Both the position numbers and the translations under genes were made by a program. A stretch of DNA of 64,000 nucleotides from Eutreptiella sp. 'Long Island Sound 2002'. Taxonomy: Eukaryota > Protista > Euglenida. This document shows, one piece after another, positions 1-12,176 of the stretch. The notes below the pieces were generated by a model. The model was not told the origin of the DNA. It did not search any database and saw only the letters and a list, made by a program, of their open reading frames with translations. Position 1 is the stretch's first letter. Each line of letters starts with the position of its first letter. The stretch covers positions 15,996,001 to 16,060,000 of the forward strand of contig OZ038379.1 in NCBI GenBank assembly GCA_964036045.1, read 5' to 3'.

Positions 1-1357
1 AAATGGTATCGTCGTACAGCAGCCTGAATGATTTTTTGATGCCGCGGATCACAGAAGTGGAGCAGAATCGGCGGCTGTGTGGGTACAAGTTGGGCATGGA
101 TGTTTCCAAGTTCGAGACCTTCTCTGGAGTCCACGTGACGAGTGGAGGCGGTGTTCAGGGTGCGGATTTGCAGTGGAGAGGTATGTCTGAGTGTTGCCTA
201 GATGTTGCACACATGTGGCCCAGGTGTTGCTGTTTCTGAGGAGGATTTGAAGCCGACAATGTGAACAAGCAGAGGCAGAGTATCGGAGCTTACCCTCAGA
301 ACCATCACAGGAGATAGCATGTCTACTTTAGTAAGGGCCTGAAGTTGACTAAACTAAACTAAAGTTGACATGCTGCATTCCCACTGCAGAATACGCAATA
401 ATGCAACGACAGCAGAGTATCAAGGGGAGTCCCTTACGCGGCGTGCGGCACAAGTACTCGGGCAACTGAGGAGCTTCGGACCGCGTTAGTGGATTCTGCA
501 TGCTCAGCAGGGGGATTGCCAGGGTTTTGAAGTTGCCCCCTGTTGTGTTTGACTTCGGTCCGATTCGCCAAAACTGGGGTACGCCGAAGAAAGGGGGAAA
601 GAATCGCAATCTGAGGGCGGTAGGACACGCCTTTGTCGGACTGTGGACTGTGCCATGCACAGAGCACTTGTGTATGGATCCAATTGTCATTGATCCGATC
701 TGTGCACTCCAGCCACCATACACAAAGACCACAAAGGCAGCACTAACAAAAATGGGCATGGAAATTGAAGCATAGCAGGACCAAATAGAGACCAAATAGA
801 ACAGACCCCTCGGCTACACCCGACCATGCCCCCAAGCTTCTGACCCGGCCAATCCTTCCGGTGAAGCCAAATTAGTTCAAAACACCCAGAGAAAGCCCCG
901 GCAGACACGACCACCAAAACCCAACAAAGGGTGACCGTCATGGCTACTTTGATGAAATCGTTCACTGTGCCCAGTGAGTATAAGTTTGTGAAAAAGGATG
1001 AGGTGGCCAAGCAATCTCAACAAGAAACTTTGCTGCTACCAAAGCCAGCACTTGTGCTTCGCCTGCAGCACCACAACAGAAAATGAAGCAGCCGTTCATT
1101 GCCTCATTTTTTCAACGCAACAACAAACAGCCTCAAAAACTGGCCGGAACAGTGCATTTAGATGCATGCTGCCTCAACTCCGAAGGTCTAGTGTGTTTGG
1201 TCCGTTGTACCGGGGGGGCTCCATTCAAAACGGGGTGCGGGTTCGGGAATACTCTGGCAGTTCCCAGGATAAGCACCTCAAAAGGTGCAAGGCCGACAAA
1301 CATCATGATTGGCTACTAAAATAGGGGTCTGCCGATCCTATTATTCCGCAGAACCCC

Positions 1358-1545
1358 CATCCAACCTACACCCACACCCATATCCACAACAACATCCACA
1401 CCCACGCTCACACCCTCGTCTACACCCAGACGCGCAGTTATGCCAGAGCCACAGCCACAGCCACAGCCACAGCCAAACCGAAGCCCACACCCATGCCCAT
1501 GCCGACGCCCACCCCCTGGCCCAATCACACCCGACATTCTCACAA
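1358..1545. repeat. Degenerate 6-bp microsatellite (CACACC/CACAGC) in the presumed SRP68 intron
   Basis: Visible 6-bp periodicity, e.g. ccacagccacagccacagccacagcc; it explains the His/Pro-rich spurious ORFs. Confidence 0.8.
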
Positions 1546-1869
1546 CACGACATGTCAGATATCGAGCCTGAAACCCTCTAATGGGCAAGAAATGGCACGC
1601 AGCCCTTGGAAATGACAACGAAAGAACGTGACCCCCTTTGCTTAAGGTGAGTTCCACAGGATGGACTGGGCGATCAGGGCCTGTGGTTAGGTGGGTGGGT
1701 TGGTCAACCCCAGCCAGGGAAGGCCCCCAAATGATCCCGCGCCACCCCTTTCTTCCCCTCGGTGGCTACGCAGTCGTCTGACCTACTCTTGTCTGCAAAT
1801 CTAGGGCCTTTGTACAATCCCCCGAAATACCTGCACTTTCAGACTTTGCCCCAATGCGCCCTCTTTCAG

Positions 1870-2936
1870 GGAAGGCAATAAGTTTGTATTCAGAGAAGCT
1901 GAGGGAATTAGTACGAACGGCGCACGAAAAGGCCGAGGCCATCACGGCAGAAAGGGCAAAACCACAGGATTTTGTTGGGGGTACTACTGCCCTTAACAAC
2001 ACTCTGGAGATCTATGACGCGTTGTTCATCTGCTACAACGATGCAATATCCATTGTGAAGCAGGACTTGAAGGCGGAAACTGCAGACAGTTCCCAGCTGC
2101 ATTTGATACTCAATTATCTATCCGTGATGCTCCTCGATTTTACTTTGCAACGCAACCTATACCTTGTGGAAGCGTACACTGTCCGATATGCGGCACGTGG
2201 GAAGGAGAAGGCGGGCAAGAAGAGCAAAGAGATTTGCCCGTCAGATATTGTTCGTTTGTATGACATATTGCTCCAAAACCTCCAGGAAGTGCTCTCGATC
2301 CCTGGGATTGAGGACGATGACGATTTGGGGCCCAAGTACGAAGGACAGAAATTGCTGTACCGGGCCACGCGTTTGTTTTGGAAGGCGGAGGCTTTCAGTC
2401 GCGCAACACAATACGCGCACGCTGTGGCATGCTTGTCCGAAGCTTCTCAGCTTATTTCAGATTGCTTTCAGTTCCACAGGTCCCGGAAGTTGGACACAAC
2501 AGAAACCGAAGCCATTGCCACGAAGATCCGCGCCAACAAGTGCATTGTGCAAGGCCGTGCCTACCTGCTGAACCATCAACAAGGGGAACGTCTCGCTGAG
2601 GATACAGCCGATCTAAGCCTGCAGGAGGACAAACCTGGACGCCAGGTGGTGAACAGTCTGGATAATTATTCAGACTGCAGTGAGTTGATCAGTGTTCCGC
2701 TGGAGTTCCAGTGCATGGGATGCAAGCCTATGTTCTACGATGTGGCGGCAAACTATATTCATGAAAAGGACATATCACACCGCATGCCTGTGGTTGTGGA
2801 GCCAAAGAAAAAGAAGCAGAAGGCTGAGGCACCACCACCAAAGACCGAACAGAAAACAGAGACGCCTGACAAGCCTGCCCCTCTCGAAAAGAAAAGCACG
2901 GGCGGATGGCTCAGCTCTTTCTGGTCATCATCATAA
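1870..2936 (+). CDS. SRP68: Signal recognition particle subunit SRP68, 3'-terminal exon (upstream exon(s) not found in the window)
   Basis: The translation carries SRP68 motifs (PSDIVRLYDILLQNLQEVLSIPG; PLEFQCMGCKPMFYDVAANY; C-terminal GGWLSSFW). The N-terminal RNA-binding domain is missing. A pyrimidine tract plus AG (ccctctttcag|gg, AG at 1868-1869) sits where homology starts (GKAISL). TAA at 2934-2936. Confidence 0.9.
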
Positions 2937-5422
2937 TGGGCAACACGGTTGGTGGTTGTCGCGCGGCGGAACGGTTGCGCGTGGAGATTGCAGCCGCCAG
3001 CGGCAGGTTGGCAAGTCTTGTGTGTTCAGAGTCATCCTCAAAAGGGTGGTATTTCATTGTCAGCCAGGGAAATCTGGTCTGTATATATCCCAACCTGCTT
3101 GCACGTGTTGGTGGTCAGGGCAAATTTCATGGCCCAGAAAGTGCCAACAGTGCTTCCAGACAGAGTTGAAATGGGATCAGGGCCATCATGGGTCTGTGGC
3201 TGTCACTGTGGCTTTCACAGCCCAACTCACCTGATCGATGCCCAAACAAATGCCATCTCAAAAGATATGAAGGCATAATAGGGGCTGGAGGGCGCTGACC
3301 ATTTTCAGGATTGTCCACAGCCTCTGGGGACTGTTCACGCTTTGGGATTGGTGTTTTTTGGACAACGCATTGGGAACACTTGACAACTTTGAGACACACA
3401 TGCTTGGGGCAGTTGGAAAGCAATTGCTCATGAGGGGCTTTCACAACCCACACTGCTAACTTGCAGGAATCGGTTTGCCTGAAAGGGCAGCTCCCAGCAT
3501 GAGATATGCTGTGTTCCAAAGAGCCATTTCGTGTAGCCTGTAAATTTTTGGATTTGTTCAAACTCTTTTTGAGATTTTGTGTCCATCCACAGGTATGCAA
3601 CACATTGCACACACCATGTGCACATGTTGTGGACTGCATTGCAGGCCCACTGTGGCCCATAGTGCATTTTGGGCAGCAATCTGCTTTCCACTCTGGAGTG
3701 TCGCAGTGGATGCCTCTACGCTGAGTGATTATTCAGTAGGGGTATGATTTGAGGCACAGTTTGCCTTTTTTTGGCAAGAAGCACAGCAAGCCACATTTGC
3801 GCATGGAGCCTTGCAGCCTGGGCGCGGTTTATGGTGGTGAACAAGGTTGTATGTGGCAGCAAGTGTGGCATTACGTTGGATTGCAGAGGGGGACACTGTG
3901 CACAGCTCACAATAGGATTTTGACGGTGGTATTTGGCAATTTCCCAGATGGACTGACCCGGGGTTCACCTCAACAGCTTCTGACCCATGGACCTGCAGGA
4001 TAGGGATGCAAGATGACATGCACTGCTGTCCATTTGCCTAGTGCGTTGGGGTAGCAATGTCAGACTGCCAAATTCTTGCAGACCCCAGTCCTCATTTGGT
4101 TTAACCTTTACAAGTGGAGAAGAGCAAAAGGGAGATGGGTGGAGACAGATGGGGTGGCAGCTGGACCTTCTAATTTGCTCTTGATCAGCTTAATGCAGTG
4201 TATCACTTTCTGTTTTCATCTTTGAATTGACACAGCCAATGTTGCAGTCAATATTTGTTGTTTTTGGCTTGGTGATGCTGCTGCTTGCAGGGAACAGCAC
4301 GCAATCATCGGGATCGGCAGGCCCATGTTGCATGTTTGGGTTTTGGCGATGTTTCCTAACATTTTTTGCAATCAAGAGCACACAAAGAGTGCATTTTCGG
4401 CAAGAATTAATTGTGGAAGGCACTACTTTTTCTTTGGATTTGTTCGTGTTAGGAATATTTACCAAGCATCCAGGTTGTCAAATGTGACAATTTGTTTTTT
4501 GCCTCCGGACAGCAGTATTGATTGCTTTCAAATTTCTGATTATTGGGGATTAAGTATTTTTGATTGTTTCTGAACCTGTAGCATGATGGACGGCCGCATG
4601 ATGAGACGAACAAATTCAATTTATGTTTGTTTTCTGTTCAGAGACCCCACCCCACTTGATACTTACAGTGTGGCTGCTCCAGCAAGAATGTGATTAGAAG
4701 AATACACAGGCTACAAAAGTTCGGAAAATTTTAAGAATATGTGCAGCCTAGGAAATTTGCCCGTATTCCACGATTTCATCAACCTTGCCATGCATGTGAA
4801 TGAAACAAGAAGCTCACCCCTACCACCCCAAGGGCGGAGGTACCATCCTTCTTGTCACATGCAAAATTTTGCCATCAACTGATTGTCTCTCAACTACTCC
4901 TTTGTGCACAACTTTGGCATCAACTGTGCTACACTTTGCGAATATGCAACAACACATGCACGTGCACCAACACATGTATGTCTAATAACTTCAAACTCTT
5001 GTGCATTTCGTCCTTAAGGGGGAGTGCTTTGCAACAACACCCATTTTCCTTTTGGCCCGTATTCCTCCAAGGGAGGCAATGCTTGGTACCACATCACCCC
5101 TTCAAAATTCAGGACATATTCACCGTTGTGGACGCCCGTATTATACAATTTTGAGAAATGCCCAATCTTGCACCCCACTTCGCAATTATAATCCAACGCA
5201 ATGCACAACTTGAGACCCTAGCACCCCAGGGATTGAGGGGATGCACAGTGCAAAAATGCACAACTTGAGTTTTTTCAAGTTTTGGACAGATATGTCTTCG
5301 GGAGGTTGTAGGACTACAATGTGATCTCGCCAAGAAGAATTCCCTTCTCAGTACCCTAGCCTAGAAATATTCCTAGCCCCTCCGTGGCCCAGCCTATACT
5401 TGCGTAATAGCATATTCTTAAT

Positions 5423-6750
5423 TTACTGGATGATGGCCAGCCTGCATATTTTTATATCCATATTCTTCCTGGTGAGATCACACTGTACCTCAACCCATGC
5501 CGGCTTCATGAAATGGCCTTGTTGGTCAACATTCAATGGCCCAAGTACATCCGAACCATCCGATGCCCCATCCGAATCTACTTCATACACCTGATTTTCA
5601 TCATCACCGCCTTCTCTATCATTTGCATCATCATCATCTTCTTCATCTTCCGCCTCTTCATCTTCCTCCTCGACATCATTTTCGGATGGAACATAACTGG
5701 CATCATCCAAGCTGAAAATGTATTCCTCCTCCAAGCCTTGCAGTCTAATGTCCATTTGGTTGGAGAGGTCTTTTGCTAAACCCGAACCGGTTTTGAGGGC
5801 CAACCTATCAAAATCTATCTTTGCAGACACATTGTCCCAAATATTGCCCATCCACTTTGTTAAAAGAATCCTTTTTTCTGAAATAGGGACCTGTCCATTC
5901 ACTATGCGATCATTGTTGTCCTCCTCCTCCAACCACTCATCATATGCTTTGTGCATATGATTCTTACACATTTTTCCTACCCTTGCATCGATCACAGCAA
6001 TCTCATCAGTGCATTCTGATGGCTCCAAGTGCCGCTTTGCGCTGCACTTATTCTACAGGAGGCATGTGAATCGTACATTGGTCTGTGCTGACAAGTTGTC
6101 CAAAAATAGGCATGTTTCCTCTCGTTGGTTGATGGATTGCAAGAAAGGCTTGAATACATGCAGGACCCACTCGCATGCAATTTCATCGTTGACCTACGCC
6201 TTTTTCTGCCCAAACACAACAACTCTGCTGTCATATTGCCGTGTCTCTGCTTTTGGAATTCTTTGCCCAATGCCCTTGAACACAATCCCTGCCTTTGGCT
6301 GTAGTCCCCGTTTGGGAATGAATTTGCAGCAAAGCTGAAGAATGGTGATAACCCAAAACGGAGAGTGTTGTTGTACAAAAATGAAATGAATGAATTGCTG
6401 TCTACACACATTGTGGTGTTGTGGGATACAAATGCAGGATCCTTCATCCTTTCTAAGTAGGCCTATTTGCAAGATGCCTCAATGCACGTGACCGGTACAC
6501 TCTATGGTAAACTGGTCTATCGACGTTAGTGTGACACCGATCGGTCTCCATTTGGGAGGAAAAAGAAAAACTTTAGCAGCATCCTTTAGCTCAAACTTTG
6601 ACCCTTTTTTTGCTTCAGCAACTTATGGAGTTCCAGCAATAGTTCTTCGACCACCAACTTGCTGCGGAATTGCCGATTACCAAAAACGCCCAAATCCAGT
6701 TTTGGCCTCCTTTCGAGTGGAAGACTCCCGTCACTCCTGGTTGTAGACAT
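5423..6750 (-). mobile_element. Decayed pogo/Tigger-like (DDE_1) DNA transposase remnant
   Basis: Minus-strand frames read ...LQLCCKFIPKRGLQPKAGIVFKGIGQRI...YDSRVVVFGQKKA*...EWVLHVFKPF...CLFLDNLSAQ...CTDEIAVIDARVGK...YDEWLEEE...KRILLTKWMGNIW, then an acidic tail. This is the typical pogo DDE core, interrupted by stops. Confidence 0.8.
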
Positions 6751-9651
6751 GCACCGCTAGGTGACAATACTTCCTTCTACTTACCTTGCCACGTGTAGAA
6801 CCTTCCTATTAAAAGTAGATAGAGCAGTGCGACTGCTAACTGCACTACTGTTGGACACCATCAATCTGTTGTTCCTTCATCATGACCCATGGTTGCTGGG
6901 CAATGGTGAATGGGTAGCATCAACATCATCCCTGCATTTTGATGCCCTTTATACTTATTATAAATAGGCCGACAATGCTAAGGTATGGGATTGGTGGCGG
7001 CTCTACCTTTTTGAAGACCTGGATAATATTGCCGTTGTATTGGGTATTCAAACATAGGCCCTGATGCAATGTTTCATTGGTTTTGTAGAATTTGTTGATT
7101 TTCAGTGTAAAAGAATTCCCAAACATGAACACTAAACCGGATGAGCCGATTCATCATTGCATTTTTTATAATGAAGACACCACAATGTTTCTCCTGCTTG
7201 TACCGGCACAATTGGTGAGCTCAAAATGTTCAAGCGACACAATTGGTTGCCATTTAAACTCTTATTGTTCCTTTTATAGACGAGAAGTTGTTCTTGCATC
7301 CAATCTCTGTTCCAGTGTTGAAGGTGTGGGGCCAACTCACTTATACTTATCCGTTGCACCTGCCATTCTTCTTCTGTACGTTTGCCACTTGCGGTAATGT
7401 TGCCTTTTTGGGTGTCCTCATTGTATTTGTGACCCCAACGCGCATGAGTGTTGATTGGGAAGCTTCCCATTATTGCGCCCATCTACAGTGGACAGCAAAC
7501 TTACCTGGACACATTAAATGTAATGATGTATCCTTGGAGAATCAGGTACTAAAAATTTTTGCTATGAGCACTCTTTCTACAGAGTTTGTCGGGCGAGATT
7601 GGTGTCTACTCTCTCAGATTTGGACTATCTTGATTAGGTGATTCAATGACATTTGTTGTCTTGACAACATCTTAACACCGCGATACCAGAGGGTAATACA
7701 ATAGAACCACATTGGTGATAATGTGCTTCTTTCACTGACACAGTGTGAGCAATCTATCATCGGTTCGGAACATAGAGGTGGAGGGTGGGTAGGAATCCTC
7801 TGTGTATATGTCTTGAGGGCTTGGCATCATTCTTTTGTGCCTTTGTCATGGCCACGTGTTGTGCATTATCTAGCAAGTAGGTAAGCTTTTGAATCTGGTA
7901 GTGTTGCAAATAACCAGTTTTTGTCGATTGATTTCACAAAAACAACCTGTTTTGCCAATTCTTGGTTTTCAACGAAACCAGTTTTTCCGATTATTTGCTC
8001 CAAGATTCTACCAAGATTCTCAAATAAATTGCAAATGAGGCCATATAAGCCAGAGCAAAGGGGCAAACACAATATGGCAGCTTGTATTTTACAATCTACT
8101 CGCAATTGTCGAGACGATACCTTATTTTGGTGCAAAAGGTGGACACAATGTATTACTGAAAATAAAAATCTTGACGGTGAATGATCACTCCAATTATTGG
8201 GTTTGAATTGGTTTTGGAAATAACCGGTTGTGCCGACTGTTTTGAAAATGACCTCCAATTATTGCCGATAACAAGTTTTTTCAATTAATTAGTAAAACCG
8301 GTTCTGAACCCTATTTGCCCTTCACACAGCACAGCACGAAACTTTATGCTATTCTGAGGCCTTTGTCTTCTGTCAAACAATTTTTCTGCACAATAGCGCG
8401 CTCGCCACATTGCAGAGGTAACCGTGAGTACGTGAATGAAAATTGACGTGTTGAAGCTTTCATGTTGAACTGCTGGGTTGCCTAACCTGCTGGGCTGGAG
8501 CCTAAAAAAAATATGTTGCTGCTCAATGGGTTTGACCTGCGGTGCATCTCATGCACCACCATCAAAAACAATTAACAGCTCTATCCTGGGATGAAGATTT
8601 CTTCATGCAACTGCGATTAACCAATTTAATGAAGGGGGAACCATGCTTTCAGAAAATGGACAAACCCTTTCGGAGGACGTCAACATGAACTCAACTGAAC
8701 ACCCCCATATGAACCCACTGGTCCAGAGTTATTATTGAATGCTGTGCAAGGGTTTGGACTGTTCACTCTAGGGCAGTGGATTCCAAATTCTTCCACAATC
8801 TACAAGAGGTCAGCAGTGAGATCAGAAGGCAACTACCAAAACAAGGTAATTACATTGGTCTGCCAAACATGAGAACACTGGCAACATGACTGGTTAGAAA
8901 TGAACAGAGCTCTCCCACCCTCCCCCCTCCCTCCCTCTTGAGGTGTGTTTCAAATGATGACACATAATTCAAACAGCCTTTGAGCAGAAATGTGCCAAAG
9001 AAATGTGTACAGCAGCACATGGGTTGAATATTGGTTGGAATTTGTACAGATGTATTGTACATCTAATGGGGAGGACATCCGTGACTCATGTGCCCAACCA
9101 CATTATGGGTTCGAAATATGGGGTGGAATTGAATAAAAGTTGCTTTGGGTATAGGTCAAGCACAGCTGGATAGGTCAGTGTGATGCATACACTTCTAATT
9201 GTTTCAATCTCAAGAACCATGACTGAAGCAACAGCCCCCTCAAACTCACCATTTGTCCATTGAATGTGTGTAGCCCAATTATGCATGAAGCTCATGCACT
9301 TATGTCTGCACAGCACCCTGAGGGACAGGCACCTTTCTGCACCACATGCCAGCAAACATCCCACCTGATTTAGTGATGGCAACACAACCCACAACTAACT
9401 GTCCAAGCTCGAGTCTCACAGGCCACTACTTGTGTGTGCGTGTTTGTGTGTATGCCTGTGACGTTCCCATGACCCTCCTGCAAGCCAGCCACCTCTAGAA
9501 TCACGCCCGGATTTCTGGTTTGACCATGACTCCAGGGTCCACGTTTGAGCGTAATCGGCGTCTATGCACCCAAGGAAGAATCCGTCTCTCCCCCTACCTA
9601 CAGCCTTGGGGAGCCTGATCAGCACCATGGGAAGCTCTGTGGTCACTCTCA

Positions 9652-10425
9652 GGGGAGTGTTTGCCCTGCGCGTGCCCTGCGCGCGCCATGTGCGCACCCT
9701 GCGCACTACTTTTAGTATGACTTTTCCAGATTCAGTCCCCAAGTTCACCATTACCCAATGAAGCCTCGGGATGGGGAATGTGATGACGGTTGTGTCGGGG
9801 AGCGACCGCGAATGCGGCTTCCATCAACAAGGGGGTCCAAAGGAACTTCTAGAGAGACGTCAACTGCAGGAATTGATGGGGATGGTGGTGGAGACTCGAG
9901 ACTGGGGACACCAAAGGAGATGGAGTCCATGGGGCATCGATGATTGACGACCCGCACACCACCTTGATCATGCTCCAACTCCACATGCCAAAGGCCAACC
10001 ACCTTCGCCAGTACCCGAAGCCCCATAGACTTGGTGTAGAACACCCTGTCCCCAATGCTCAACTCCATAACAAATAGCAAAAGGGCTCTGAAGACACGAG
10101 GGGCAAAAGCTGATGCTCCACAGCAGGCAGGCTGAATGTATCACCATGTACCCAGCTCAACGTGCCTGTTTGACAATACACATGTATGCACCGTGTAGCC
10201 CTACAACACATCAAACTAGGGGAATTGGGGGACAAGGTGCGGGAAAGGGGCCGGTCCATATCCCCAACCAGAAAGGGTGAGGGAAAAGGCAAGTCCATGA
10301 GGAGAAATCATCCCAAATCGCCGCATCCCACCCAACCACCCACTTACCCACCCCAAAAGCAAGGGTAGGAATCAGATTCAGCCCAAAAAATTGCCGTGTG
10401 CGCGCCTTGTGCACTAACGCTCCCT
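9652..10425. mobile_element. MITE-like element with imperfect TIRs and GC-rich subterminal GCGCAC motifs
   Basis: Left end ggggagtgtt...gcgcactacttttagta and right end gtgcactaacgctccct (imperfect inverted pair). The left subterminal motif resembles those at 11648, 45127 and 63041. Confidence 0.45.
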
Positions 10426-11647
10426 CCTTGACCTGTAGGGCCACCTCATCCGTCGGCAACAAAACACGGCTTTGAGTTTGCGATGGTGCCCACCCACTGC
10501 TTTAAAACTGTTTATGCCACAAGTACCCTCTCCAATAAACAACCCCCTTCCGTGCAACAGCTGCTGCTGGCAGCCTTGGCCACAAAGTACACGTGCGCAA
10601 GGAATTCCACCCAATTCTCCAGTACGAAAAGGGCCTACTTTTTGCATAGCGCACGCGCAGCGCACGGTGTGCCACCAGCATGGGTCAGCAGGAACAGCTA
10701 ACAAGTGTGGGAGTATACCTGGGACACCCCAAGAATTGCGAAAAACCAAATAGTGCCTTCTATGTACATCACCTCTTTGACCACGATCAGCAAACTGCGA
10801 GGTTCAACTGTGTTTGTTTGTGGGGGGAGTATGCGCTACAACAAACCACGAGTTCAAAGGTGTTTGATGAGCCGCCGTGCAGAACCCTGAACACACTGAT
10901 TGACAGCTTTCTGACCCTAGCAACACCACTCCATCCCTGTCCTGTCTCTCATCCATACATTAATTGAGCTTTCATTGACATGCATTGCATCTTGGCATTA
11001 AGGTGCAATGCATTTGCTGAGAAGGACAGCAATTCACAAACCAGTCACTCTGCAGAAACACCACAACGGACAAAGCAAACAGCACTTGGGCACTTCATAC
11101 TGCTCTTTGCGGGACTCACTCAAACCTCCAGGGGGTTTGGGGACCCAACCCATGGGCCTGTTGGAAGTGCGCATATTCGTGGCCAGTCCAGGCCTCTTTC
11201 TGAAGTGAGGGACCACCAAGTTGGCCAAAGCCAACAGCAGTGATGAGTTTTTGATGAATTTTTATTGGCGATGAGGGAATTTTGGGGGATGCCAAGCTGA
11301 GCATGGGCCGCACCACCTGTTGTGCTGCTTGATTGTTGCATGCGCCGGACTGTGGGACTCTGCCATGTGTGCAATCACCGGGCCGAAGTTGACTTGAAAC
11401 GCCGACACCGAGCTTTCCCTGCCTAACCTCAATTAGAGCATGCCCCAAATGCAATTCAGGTCCCTTCTTCTGGCACACCCATATGACGCCCCAGCCATCA
11501 ACATCTTGCTGCATGTGCCAAGGGAGCCGTTGTACCCAGGACACAGCCAATATTATGGCTGAGGCAAGGACAGTCCATCCAAACACAACCGCTCACTGCT
11601 GTGTGGTGGCCCTGCAGTTGCCCCTTGGGGACACCAACCGCGCCTCT

Positions 11648-12176
11648 GGGGGAATCCTTGCACTGTGCGCGCACTGCGCGCTACTTTTAGACTAGATTCC
11701 CCTGTGAAGAGCCCCCAATACCGACCCCTTCCAAACACCCTCAAAATTAGGCCACCCCAGCTACCCTAGCTCAAGACAGTTGCGGACCACCTTCCCTTCC
11801 CATCAGATGCCATGAAATAATGTCCCTTGAATCTTTGAAGCCCTTTAGGATCCCAAAGAAGAACACCCGCCAGTGTAATGAGGGACAAAGGAAAGTCTTT
11901 CGACCAATCGAATCTCGGCAACAACACAATTCAAGTAAGACTACACACCATACACATTTGCCCACCATGCACCTCAGATTATCAAGCTGCTCTTTGTCTA
12001 ATGGTTGATCTTCATTTGCACACTTGTCACCTGCATGTTGATCTTTACCTTGACAATTGCATCCGACACAGGATGCAAATCAAGAGGCTGATGCAGTGTG
12101 GGTTTCTAGTACGGCGAGATGCCCAAATAGTCGCACTATGCGCGCACTGCACGCGCACTGCGCTTAAGGCCCCCCC
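11648..12176 (-). mobile_element. Internally deleted PIF/Harbinger-like DNA transposon (copy 1)
   Basis: GGGGG...CCCCC termini and a 3-bp TSD, TCT (11645-11647 and 12177-12179). Both ends and an internal stretch (revcomp tgggcaaatgtgtatggtgtgtagtcttacttgaattgtgttgttgccgagattcgattgg) are homologous to the 62298-63041 copy. Confidence 0.65.

Noticed and set aside
1854-1869. ATG at 1854 as the SRP68 start
   Set aside because: It would omit the whole N-terminal domain; homology starts at the adjacent AG acceptor.
3240-4100. Possible LTR-retrotransposon RT/RNase H remnant (WELPF-like string)
   Set aside because: Too decayed; no second motif to confirm.
10470-11620. Possible tyrosine-recombinase (DIRS/Ngaro) remnant
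   Set aside because: Only a vague resemblance to the HxxR...Y region; catalytic residues cannot be read.
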